From Lingula anatina (taxonomy: Eukaryota > Animalia > Brachiopoda), in NCBI GenBank assembly GCA_051362555.1, contig CM120646.1, positions 372,001-436,000 on the forward strand: a DNA stretch of 64,000 nt, in the 5' to 3' direction. Position 1 is the first letter of the stretch; every line of letters starts with the position of its first letter. The notes beneath the pieces were generated by a model, which did no database searches, was not told the DNA's origin, and worked only from the letters and a program-made list of their open reading frames with translations. This document shows, in pieces, positions 1 through 12,600 of this stretch. Made by a program: the position numbers and the translations under genes.

Positions 1-18
1 CCGACTCTAAAGAAAGAA

Positions 19-21
<3 letters not shown>

Positions 22-59
<38 letters not shown>
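22..59. repeat. (GA)n microsatellite
   Basis: Direct inspection. Confidence 0.95.
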
Positions 60-65
<6 letters not shown>

Positions 66-995
66 ACAGGTTATAAGGAGGAGAGAATCTTCGACATCGA
101 CATCAATATGTTGGCTGAAATTGAAATTTATCATGAAAAATGGCAAGACTTACCATTCTCAGCCAAGCAATACATAAAAACGACATATTTATTTGCATAA
201 ATTACCGAAACATTTCACAGAAACCAGTACTTACATGTGTACTGACCTGTAGCTGAGAAGACTGGGGGTAGATGGTGAACGTGTCAGATCTAGGTCGGAT
301 TACCAAACCGCAATCTACTGGTCCCGCCTCACTTGGTGGGCCAAAACACTCCACTCCAAATCCGGTGCAAGGCTAACTGTCTGAAAATCAATATCTAAGG
401 ATCACATATTCAATACCAACCTGATAGAGATGAACCCAAATGGATGGCTTTGGCACAGCAGATATATTTTCTGGAGACGGGGCAGGGATTGCATAAAACA
501 CTGTGACACTCTCAAGGTCGTTGTGATGGCGGCGCAACTGACGCAATTTTGGGGATCGAGGCTTGGCGGAAGTTTGGGTTCGAGACTAGCAGGAAGTGGG
601 ATTGGAGAGTATTCTCAGCCATCTTCATCCTGATTGATTTGTTCCCTGTGCATTTTCAGTTTTAATTTTGCAGGGGATGTCATAAACGTAAGGTAAGTAA
701 AGTAAAGACGAAAAACAAGGCTTACTTGATATTTTTTTTATGTTTCTTGGAGATATTTTCTTTCTTAAAGTACGTATTCATAAGTCAATGTATTGTCTAA
801 AATAAGAAACAGACTCAGTTTGTCAATAATGTCATACTGTCATTAATGATAACATTCACCATAAAGAACAACGCCATTGTTACTTCCTTTGGTATGCATC
901 ATGTTACTTTGGTTTCATGGGTGATAATTAAAAATGAAGGGTGATAATTAAAAATGAATTTAATGCCGTTCTCTTAATAGAGCGCCCAATATTAA

Positions 996-1332
996 AGGGA
1001 TAATAACTCTTCGTATGAGATCTATATTTCACAATAAAAACATTGTGAATAACTCATAGAAATATAATATATTCTGTTTTACCACAAAAACGGCAGTTAT
1101 AGCTATTATTCTGATATCTGAGCTTTTCTTTAGACCATGTGACCTCCATTGATGGTTATACTCTGTTAAAATCTCTTAAGAGATTTTAACAAAAAACCAA
1201 ACTTTTTAGAAAAAAACCGGGGACTAACTTTGAATGTAAAAATGGATTCATTAACCATTGGTGAGTATGGGAAAATTGTTGTTTACTCCAGGAAAATTCA
1301 TTTTTTGGCCGAAACGAAGAGTTATTATCCCT
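996..1332. mobile_element. MITE with TTAA target site duplication (Kolobok-like)
   Basis: Perfect 19-bp TIR AGGGATAATAACTCTTCGT; TTAA at 992-995 and 1333-1336. Confidence 0.85.
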
Positions 1333-1726
1333 TTAAGTTCAAGTATTGTAATATTGTCAAATTAGAGCTTTGTGATAGGAACATAACAAGCCTTATACAC
1401 CCTTGTTAACATTGAATATCATCAGCAATTTCAACATGTACCGTTAATTTTATGCATGTGGTTACTGTCACCAGTGTGTTTCTGACTTAATGCTTATCCA
1501 TTTTGATTAATAAATAGAAGGAAATAATTTAGATTATCACAGACATGATAGGGCTGCCTTTTATCTCTTCATGAAATAGTGCTCAGTTAGTCTGCGGATC
1601 ATCTGTTCTGAATGTGACCTTAGTCCCCACTGACTTATGTATCCAACAATGTCAATACTATGGATTGAAAAATCACTGCCATAATCTCTGAGTTTTATTT
1701 CATCTGTCTTTCTTGTTCTCTTTTAG

Positions 1727-1843
1727 AAACTTCCGGGAATTTTGTGAAACTCTCCAGATGGTCACCTTGAATTAGCCGGCAGCTGGGCTGTGTGGTGACC
1801 TCTTCTCACTGTATCTCCTGTTAATTTGTGATCATCAAGATGG
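1727..1843 (+). CDS. CHN2: Chimaerin exon with 5'UTR and start codon (ATG at 1840)
   Basis: Pyrimidine tract + AG before 1727; ATGG|GTAAGT donor; phase 1 matches the next exon (M-G-E-E-R). Confidence 0.7.
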
Positions 1844-2560
1844 GTAAGTACACCCCCCCCCCCCCACCCCATCACACCCCTCAAGACAAGACCTCTGTAA
1901 TAGCCCAGTGCTGCAGTAAGGCTGGGATGTAGTGATCTGATTGAAAGACTGGACTTGCTGAAAAATACTGTCAGTAGTAAATATGTGATTAGTTTATAAA
2001 GAAACACAGATTTCTCTATATTGAAATTGACAGCTTCTGTTGTAGGCTGTGTACACAACCAAGTTGATCCAGGGACTAACAGATCCGGGGATTAAATATG
2101 GCGTGCATTTGACAATGGACTCCCCGCCTGCCATGTCTGCCGTCCCTGCAGGGGCAGAACAATTAAGTCTTGGCACGCTTTCAAGTGGGTTGCGCCATAT
2201 TTGATCCACGGATCTGTTAGTCCTCGAATTAACTTGTTCTGAACAGGTCCTTTAAAAAGTTGGGTATTTTAACATTTGATATTAAGTCCTTTTATTTATG
2301 GTTTCAGGTGAGGAGAGGCTGCCAGTGTGGAAGTCCTATTGTAAGTGTTCTCTCCATTACTAGTACTTGTTTATTATGTGGATAGTTTGACCAGTGTTAA
2401 AGTTCTTCTGTAAATGTTCTCTCTCCTGTGCTAGTACAGTATGTGATTATATGGTTAGTTTGACTCAGACCCAGTTTTGTGCATATTAGATTCTTATCAG
2501 TGATAGAGCTCTAATTATTAAAACAGTAACTGATGACTTTTAATCCAAAGTTTTTCTCTC

Positions 2561-2592
<32 letters not shown>

Positions 2593-5468
2593 ACATCAAC
2601 AGATATCACCTCTCCAGTTTCAATGTTAGATGCAGAGGAAGACAAGAGAGAAAAAAGACATAATGGCCCAAATATAGGGGGCCTATATTTTTTTTGTTTT
2701 TTGCCCAATTCATGCAGTTCAGTTGTAGTGAAGTCTGGCGTTATTCAGTCATGTGATGTGATCATGTGATCAGAAAACCAGCTGATTAATGAGCAGGGGA
2801 TATTTGTTACATTCTATTTTCCCACAGCACCTGAGCTGTGCTTCTTAACCATATAAAAATTTTTAGACCAGGAAGTGGAAGTCTAAAAGTTTTATAAGTA
2901 GTTTTTTAAAGAACTTTCATTTCTTTTCAATAAATATAGTTTTCACAAGCACTTCCTGATTCCTATAAGATATCCGTGACTTATAATTTGTGAGGTTTTG
3001 ATTTTAAAATTCCATACACAAGATATCATGATGTAACTTGGAACAGTGGAATAACATTTCAAATTTCATTTTTACTTTGGGAACTAACAAACTTCATCAC
3101 CATCACTGGGTGCCATCCACAGAAGAAAAGTTGAATAAATTTGGTGACAGAACACAACCCTGTCGTACCCCTTTCTTTAGTTGAATTCAGCTGATACTGA
3201 CAGATATTTGCATGTTAGTTGCCTGAGAGTCACATAGGAAATACACAGGAAATAAAAATAAGCAAATAAAAGTAATAACACATTTTGTTTAAAGCCATGA
3301 AGTACAGTAGGTGATTTTCTGTTTCTGACTCTCAGGAAGTGTGTGTGACAACTGATTATTTGTCATGGGTACGATACACGAAACTGTCCATGTGACACTG
3401 AATAGTCACCAAGCAAATCTGGGCTTGATTATAATTAGGTCCTAATTACTAATAACCGTCATTTCAGTTTCAACTTGTGATGATAATGAACAGGGATTTC
3501 AAGCTCTGAGTTGGATATATTTAGTGACTTGATTAGAAATCAGAACTCATTTGTTACCTTGTGATGAAGCATGTCACTTGTGGTGGTCGTGTGATTAGAG
3601 GTATTTTCAACCTGGACATTATCTGTGATGACATCGTAATCAGCTCAAACTACTCAACTGATGATATGAACTAATTTTCTGAATTTCAATAATTAATTGT
3701 CATCATGGACCAGTGCTTCAGGAAGACTGGAATGCTGATGTACTGAAGAAGTGATTTTATTGATGAATTTGACTCGCTGAAAAACACTGACAGATCACAA
3801 AGAAAGTACTTGTGTCACAGAATTTAACTGGAGAATTATTTACTCTATATGGTTTGGCTTTGTATTAGTACATGAATTCTGTTACCTAAAATTAGACTGA
3901 AAGTCTGACAACAGAGCAGCATAAAGGCATTTATCACAGAACACAGAAATTCACTAGAGAATAATTAGCTATTTTGTTGTCTCGGCATCATATATGAATT
4001 TATTGACCATGAAGTAATATAAGCTACTAAAAAAAGAGAGAGAAAAAAAAAGCAGACAGACCAGACAAATCCATTGGATTTACAGCATTTCATGAGGGAA
4101 TAATTAACTTAATTGCACAGAGAATTGAAGCACTTTACTGTAGACTGTAACGTGAACAGTGCATTGAAGAGCCCAGGATCAGTTCAAGCAATATACAGCT
4201 AATATTACAGACAATCACATCACGTTTATTGCACAACAGTTTGGCAATTCATCTGAAAGAAGATATTTTGAGGCAACAGACTGATATATATATTTCACTA
4301 CAACAGTCCAAAAACTCCCCAGTCTTGGTACATATCAGGAGAAGATGAGGGGTGACCCCGTTCTGTCTGTTAGTCAGTGTCTCCTGTCAGCTGTGTCACC
4401 AGTGTCAGATGTCACTCTAATGTCTCCTGTGTCTCTTGTTTCAGTATATCAACTTCAGCAGCAAGCTCCACAGCCAGTGTGTGTGGTATGCCAGAGGCAG
4501 GTGGGTGAAGTATGATTTTATAGTCAAGTTATTCTTATATTTATTTATTAACTTATTTTTGTTGATTAAACTTCAACTGTTGAGAGTAAAAACATGGTAA
4601 ATATCAATTTTAGCCTTCCCATGGCCCTCCTTTGATACATAGAAAAACTGTTATTTCAGTCTTGTATATAGTCTATTTCAAAAGAAATCGATTAAATTAG
4701 TTTTTATTATATGTGTGATATAAGATGCAAGTTAAGCATATTAGAGAGGTGTTTTTTAAAAAGATTATTTTATTTGGAGCAAGAGAAGAAGGAATGAATT
4801 TTAAAGAAATTCTGAATTGGTTAATTTACCATAACTGCCTTTTGCTGTACACTAGCGCCAGTTTTGCTGTCCACAGTGGCACTGAAATCTTACCATTATA
4901 AACCTGTGTACATGTACACGTAGCTGTTACCGTCACTCAGTTTGAACTGAAAACATAGAAGTTGCCATGGTAACATGATTGAAAACAATAATGTTGTCCA
5001 GATTTTTAGTGGGCAGGGTCTTGTTTTGGTCTCCTTAATGTGTTTACCAAGTTAGTGATTACTATTTTAAGGTTAGAGTTTCAGACTTTTTTTACCATAT
5101 TTTGGCAGTGTTCTTTACAGGATTGATTTAGATATGAAACCAAGAAGCTAACATCAAACGATGAAATGAACCCTTAAAAGGAGCTGCCACAGTGCGTGAG
5201 ACTTAAAAAATCCCCAATTTTAAAAGAATAATGAATTTATCCATTGGTGATGTCATGTAATTCCAGTCTGACTTAGTCTGAACACAACTAAAAAGGAAAG
5301 ATAGAACACATAAACTTGGAAGTAAAACTGGGTCAGGGAAAATTTCTGGCTCATATTTGACCTCATGGAATAGGAAGTTCTGTAGTCATTTATCACCTGT
5401 GCTTTCTTTTACCTGACTTCTTAGTTGTCCTGTGGTAGAAGGAACAAAGCTGTGTTTTCACTGAAAAA

Positions 5469-5567
<99 letters not shown>

Positions 5568-7349
5568 CTGTACATTGATGGTAAAAAAGAATTACTATAA
5601 AAAGGCCTTGAAATGAACCAAGGCAGAGCTACCAATTATTTTTCTTGAGAAGGTTAATTGAAAATGTCACTTTCAGTTTTATCCATTGAAAGCACTGGCT
5701 GAAAAGTTTTTGAACACATTTGTCACAAAACTCCTATTGTATCACTTTTTTGTCTTGTTTATATTGTGATTCAACTCATATTTATCATACTATTCCTTCC
5801 TTTAACATTGCTAAGGTATTGTGAAACTGCAAAAGTTGTTCTTTCAGATTTCTATTTTTGTAGTATGTGATAGCTGATAGAATGGTTGTTTGATGAAATA
5901 TTTCAAATTATTAATGTCTACAGAATATGGTCTCAGCACAAGTCTTATGACAGTGCTTGAAATGTAGCTGAATCATTCTCAATATTTGATTTTCATTTAT
6001 ATTTAGTTCACTGCCTTTATGTAATATGAACATCTGTCGTCTTGTCCTTAAAGTCAGGCATCTTTTGTGGATTATCAGATGATAATCACATTTCACCCGA
6101 CTGCCAGTGATAAGTTCATTAACAGAGCTGGGGAAGTGTGGATTACAACTAAGGGGGAAATTAGATTCTGTCTATCAGATGACAGTTGGCATGGGTGGGA
6201 TTACTATCACGCTCTTATATTTTCAAAAAAAAAAAAAAAAACTTCAAATAACACCTGGCAATAAAATGATGTAAAATGTGAGGGTAGGATTTCAGTTTGC
6301 CATTGAATTCAGCCAAAATGATTAATTTGATAAAAAAAAAGATAAAAATGATGATGACACAGATGTGATCCCTTCTCCACATTCTCTCTCCATTTTGAGC
6401 ATTCACTTGTCTCTTAAACTTTTAAATGAGCTGAATATTTATAGCTGACAGAGACCAAGCAGAGCTATAGATTTCCAGTGGAAAGACTTGTGTTTGCCCA
6501 AAGTCTGGAGACCACTGTGGATATCATATTTAGCCAGTGGTCAGATTGGGTGGTATTTCCACCAGGACGAACTTAAACTTAAAAGGGCGCATTCCCATAG
6601 ATTTTAGATCGATCTATCCCCATGGGGAGTCTCACTAGCTTACTGTCAGATAATCCGGCTTAAATGTCTGTCCCACCTACTTCAAGCTGTAAGGGGGGGG
6701 ATTAACTTTCGTTCCCTAATCTCTGGGAATGGGGTCTAAATGCTGTCATCATATCAGCTAAAATGTTTAACATGTGAGGGTTATCTTTTAAGGAGTAACA
6801 AAAGTCTTTTTCTGTAGTAGTTGCCTCCTGATGTAATTAAAAATATTTTCAGTTAAGTTAAAGCAGTTTTGAATGCAACCTTTCAAACTTTGTAATGATT
6901 TCCTTTTACTGATTGCAAAGTGCGTGGAAATTAACATCTGTGAAATATAGAGCTGAGTTATTTAAGGCAGAATTTTTTCAAGTAAAAAAAAAACCTTTAC
7001 AACACTGCATTCATAAACATTATTCTAGAGCATTATAGAAGGGGGGGGGGCACAGAAGGATTAGATATGACCCCTTGGTGGTCTAGTCATAGCCATACAG
7101 CCGTCAGAGGTAGTTTGAACTAAGTTAAGCCTCCACAAGTGTACTGGAAATGCAGCTGAACCTGACCTTTGTATATCAGCAGATATGGGAATGCTTTTCT
7201 GGTTATACCAACTCCATTTGGGTACAAAAGACTGTAACCTTTGCTGGTGTCACTGATTTTGCCATTAGGAGAAAGTGGGGTTATCCCCAGAGTGATAAAT
7301 CTCCTGTTTCTATGATCAGGGTATTATGAATATAGAGATAGAATGATGT

Positions 7350-7409
<60 letters not shown>

Positions 7410-9572
7410 GCTGATCGATATAGTGGCAGTAATGATAGATTTATTCAGAAATTTATTATAAGACCCTATTCCTGTAGACATCTTTGGTCTATGTAGAACT
7501 ATCCAACTCTGTGGAGACTGTGTGCAATGAATTAAACTGAATGACACACCTTCTTTTGTTTCCAATGTACTTGTGATATCACCAGCTTTTTTGTACTCTA
7601 CTTAATGTCAGATATGTTAATCAATTAGCATTCAGCGAGAGTCCCTTTGTCTATGGGAATAGGGCCTAAGTATTACTTATGATAATGAAGGTGCATAAAA
7701 TTTTTGAGATATATTTCAGAATTTTCAAAGCAACAGGGCTATATCATAAAAAAAGATTTCAATGTAACAAGTTCCCCACTAACCCGGCACTTCCCTGTGA
7801 GGGTTCCATTTCCACAAATTAGATTTGACATTAAATAATCAATGAGTTTCAATGCAGCAGACTTTTCATTGATTCTCTTCATTTAATTACGCACCGGCAT
7901 TCAGGAAGATATTCTAGAGTACGACCTTCTGACCTGCTGGTGCATTCTCACCAGGTCTAACTTATAGATAAATTAGGCTAAATGACATCACCAGAAATCC
8001 AGATTACATGGTCAGTGTAATGATTTAGCTTAGCAAGCACCATCTCAATAAGTCTTAGAACATTTCAAATCATGGGAAGTCAACCTTTTCAAACTGTTGT
8101 CCTACGTACCTGACGTTGAATTGGCTTTCTAGTTTTATGTTAAAAACTGCATGTAGTCACGTCTACTTTGAAAGTACATAAACTGCAATGGAAAGGTGAT
8201 GTTACAGATGTAGACTTTTTAGATTTCATGAGTGGGAAAGAGGTTACTGCATGCTTCTCTTTTTGACTTCTCTGTGTATGTCAGACTCTTTCTCAAGACA
8301 TAATGGAGTAATAAAATCCTGTTACAAGTTGGAGCCAAGATCAGCATTTTTTTCATGTCACTTTACAGGAGAAGTGAAGCATAGAAAATGCTGCCACAGG
8401 ATCTGCTTCAGGGATAAAGATGTATTCCAACGATTTCCTGTTTTTTTTTTTCCAACCAGAACTTTTCGTACATTAAAATTTTCTCCTTCTCTCTTCCATC
8501 TTTCTTAATCCCTTCTATTTTGTTAACAATAAGTAAATTGTATCTTATTTTTTCTGTTCCTATTCTGAGGGGATTCTGACAGACCGACTGACAGACAGAC
8601 AAACAGACAGACAATTGTACAAATTTCCTCATCTTACTAGACAATAGAACCAGCATGTAGTGAATACACTGTAGCACTTGTGAAGCCACACTGTACATGC
8701 CTGTATTATAAACTCATGCATTCACATGAAGATGGTAACATTATTAATATTATTTCAGACATGAATTAATACACGTCAACCCTGTTATAACACAAAGTGT
8801 CAGTTTAGATTGTAGAGTCTTTTATTGATCTGTGTTTTCCATGGACGGTCATATATTTATCAAAATAATATTTGAGTTGTGTCAAGCCACCATTAAACCA
8901 TATCAAGTGTGTGTTTGTGTGTTGTTAACACAAAGTGCACATGATGAGGTTTGTGGATTTCCCCCACATTAAGCCAGCTGTGGATGATTGATTTTCCAGC
9001 TGTAGTAACTGAAGACAGATCAATATTTCATGTTATCTTATCTGAAGTAGGGCTGAATGGAAGGAGGGGGGAAGAGCAGTTGTTGGAAGATCCACACTTC
9101 CTCCCCTAGATCAGACCCCTTCCACTTTCCATTCAAGATTTCTGATAGAGATCTTTTATTTCATGTCATTATTCATTTTTTTTTTTCAAATTCAGTTATT
9201 TCATTTTTGGGGGGTGGGGGGTTAATGGCAGACAAAAGTGGAGAGGAATTTGAACTTATTTATTCCCATTTTGTGAAAAGTTAAATACTGTAACAGCACT
9301 AAGTGTAAAATCTAAATATTTATCCTTCATTTTTAGCTTCCAAACAGACCTTCTTTCTATGGACCAGAGTAAGTTTACTTGTGTCTGAGTGATTACAGAC
9401 GTAATGATGTTCTCTCACTTAAATGCTTAATCATTTTTCTCAGTAAATTAATATAAGGTGACCTTCTAAACCACTTCTTAGCTGCTGTAATAAGTTGTTT
9501 CAGTAAATTATTTCTTAAAAAATTTAATTTTTGGTAAAATAAATGCCTAAATAATCTGTTTTAGAAAAAATG

Positions 9573-9618
<46 letters not shown>

Positions 9619-12600
9619 GTATAATTTTCTCACTGTTATAAATGCCCTCCTCATCTCTGTGTGCAGGTTTCATGGTGCGATATCACGTGAAGACACGGAC
9701 AGGTTGCTACACTGTGATGGCTGCTACCTGGTCCGCGAGAGTCAGCGCGCCCCTGGCACCTACACACTGGCCATCAGGTAGCATACAATGTTGTTTATTT
9801 TTGTTAACTTTTCTTTAGAAAAATTTAATATTTGTCTAAAAAAGTTTGCTGGAGTGTCCATTCTATATTATTACAACATTACAATATTTTTTAAGCTAGT
9901 ACATTTTGTCTAAATAAAGACATTGAGCTTTAATTATCAATAATAGATATGAAGAAAAGGATAAAAAACGTATTATATATGTATATTATTTCTTAACTTT
10001 CCGTAGAAAGTATTTAACATTTTGTCTATAAATGCCAGTCTAGATACATACCAGATACTGCCACCAGACCTTGAGATAAGATGGGGCTCAAGTTTATTAT
10101 CATAATGAATAATTGTTGTCTGCCATCTTGGGTCAGGTTCTATTGTTGAGATTATGTCAGGACTTCAGCTTTCTCTCCTGTGATAATACACAGTAAGGGG
10201 TGTATGGACAGATAGGAAACTGGTGTCATTTTTCTGTTTTTCAGTCTGAAAACTAGAGGCCTGTTCTTAAAATTTCAATATTGTGAATTAACTAGGTTGT
10301 TGATGTTGTAGGACTTATATTATAGATATCCCAAGATATCACACACGCTCTCACAGACACACACAAACACACATGCACACACACCAAATATAAGACTGAT
10401 GAATTCCATATTAAGCATTAAAGTAGCCTAGCTTGTGATCTCAGTTGGTCAGTTTAAGGTTTAAGTTAGACTTGATGTGAACACAGCCTTAATATAAGAA
10501 TAGAGGCACAGACAGGGTGATTTAGTAGGTTGGGTAGGGGAAATCTTTCCTACATATTCAAAATAAAACAGAGAAGTAAAAAGGATAATATGTATTTGGA
10601 AATATATGTAAAAAATTCAGCTAACTGACTATAGTTTCTGTGGTAAAATAATGTTAAGAAGGGTATTTTTGCTTTTTCTGCCTGCCTCTTCCCCCCCCCC
10701 CCCCCCCTTCCTCCTCCTCTGTCTGACAGTGTTGTAAGCCCCATAAAACACATGTAATGAACACATACACTGATATGATTGTGAACAGTATACGTATGTA
10801 TAACTGTGGAGATACACACTCAGGGTGAAGCTGTAACACTGATAGGGGTTTACATTGATAGTATTGTGTGCACTTTATGTCTTCAGAGACAGACAGTAAC
10901 TAAGGCGTTGGCTTGTGCTGTACAGTTGATAGCTCAACAGACTTCAGATAGATCCTGTGTTGTTTGCAGTGGCGCAGGTGCCAGCTTCATTCTGTCATAC
11001 AAGACAGTAAGGACTGTGCTCTGGATAATTCTCAACTAAAGAACTGGAGTATTCTTATTCCACGCTGTTATTGATTACCACTTTTGAATGTTTTGCAGAT
11101 TTGAGTCAAATACCAAAAACTTCAAGCTTTATTATGATGGACAACATTATGTTGGAGAGAAGAGATTTGACAACATAAATGACTTGGTCGCAGATGGACT
11201 TATAACTTTTTATTTGGAATCTAAAGCTGCTGACTACATCGCAGCACTCTCAAGTCACTCAAATTATGAGGAGTCGCCATACTTAGCATATAACACGGCA
11301 AAGAAACAGAGAGCGCAGGCGACACGGAGTCGTAATCACGTGAAGCGCAGATTAGTAAACGAGACGGCACAAGCTAATGCTGTAACACAGGAAATATCCA
11401 CAGTAAGTACAAGAGTGATTCTGGATTTCAGTGTTGGATTTTATTTTGTCCTTGTTTCAAAGTTAATGCATTACCAGTGTTACAGTGTTACTGAATGCAA
11501 AAAAAAAAAAATCTGGGTTTTGATGATCAAGTTGTGCAAAATAAATCACTTAGTATTGAGCTGGTGCACTTTTCATCTGATGCTGCGTGTGCAGATGCAG
11601 CATTTGTTTGCAAAAATGTTGAAATATCAAGGGTCCCAATGTATCAATATGAATCAGTTCTGCTGTGATTCACTGATTTTGGATTTCCAATGTTACATTT
11701 ATTTAGTATTGTTGTCACCAACTGATAAAAATTGTCTCAAAGTGTATTTTGCCTTCATTATCTTTCAGCTGGGGACTGACAGCGTAGACGCTGTGCCTAC
11801 ATCTGACCAGGTGAAACAGTATGAAAAACCACATGTATTCAAGGTGAGCCTTTTGAATACTAACTGCTACAAAACTCAAGACTTTTTGTTGTCCATACAT
11901 ATATAAAATATCTCAGAACTTTGAAGATATTTACAATTCTGTATTAATTTTATCACCCAAAAGCTTTACTAGTAGATATAATTGCTGATATATTATACAG
12001 TTATAGACTGAGCATGGAAATTGTCAAGGGAAATAGTTCTAAGAGGAGTTGAATTGCTATTTCCTGAGGACGTGGTCGAGTTTATAATACAAATACTAAT
12101 AGTACTTGTGCTTTTATCTGTGTCAGAGGATCTGATTGTAACTGTTAATAAAACAATTTTTAATTATTCTATTTGAATAATAGAAACCAAATGAAATACA
12201 TATATACAATATGAAACAGAACATGTGCTAATCATTTCGTAGGACGGACTCAGTTTTATATAATCATGCAATTATCTTTCATCATTTCAGACGCATAATT
12301 TCAAAGGCCCTCATTGGTGTGATTTCTGCGCCAACTTTCTGTGGGGGTTGATAGCCCAGGGCGTCAAGTGTCAGGGTAGGCATGGGGGGGGGGGAGGCTC
12401 TGCATGATGAGACATGAGTTTTTTCCACATTTTTTATTTCAATTCTAAGGCGGTCCCCGGACCTGCGGCTGGTTAGGTGTTGCGTCCCATGATAAATGTT
12501 CAGGGTTTTTTTTTTTTTTTTTTTTTGAAACCTAGGCTCATGTCTGATGATACTAAAAAGTTAAAAATTGAAGGACAAAAACAAGCAAACAAATGAAGAA

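Noticed and set aside
5393-5635. HT/CV-repeat ORFs
   Set aside because: (GT)n(GA)n microsatellite in a chimaerin intron.
11088-11906. 272-aa ORF as an independent gene
   Set aside because: It is chimaerin exon 6 + intron 6 + exon 7; the open intron is reported as a finding instead.
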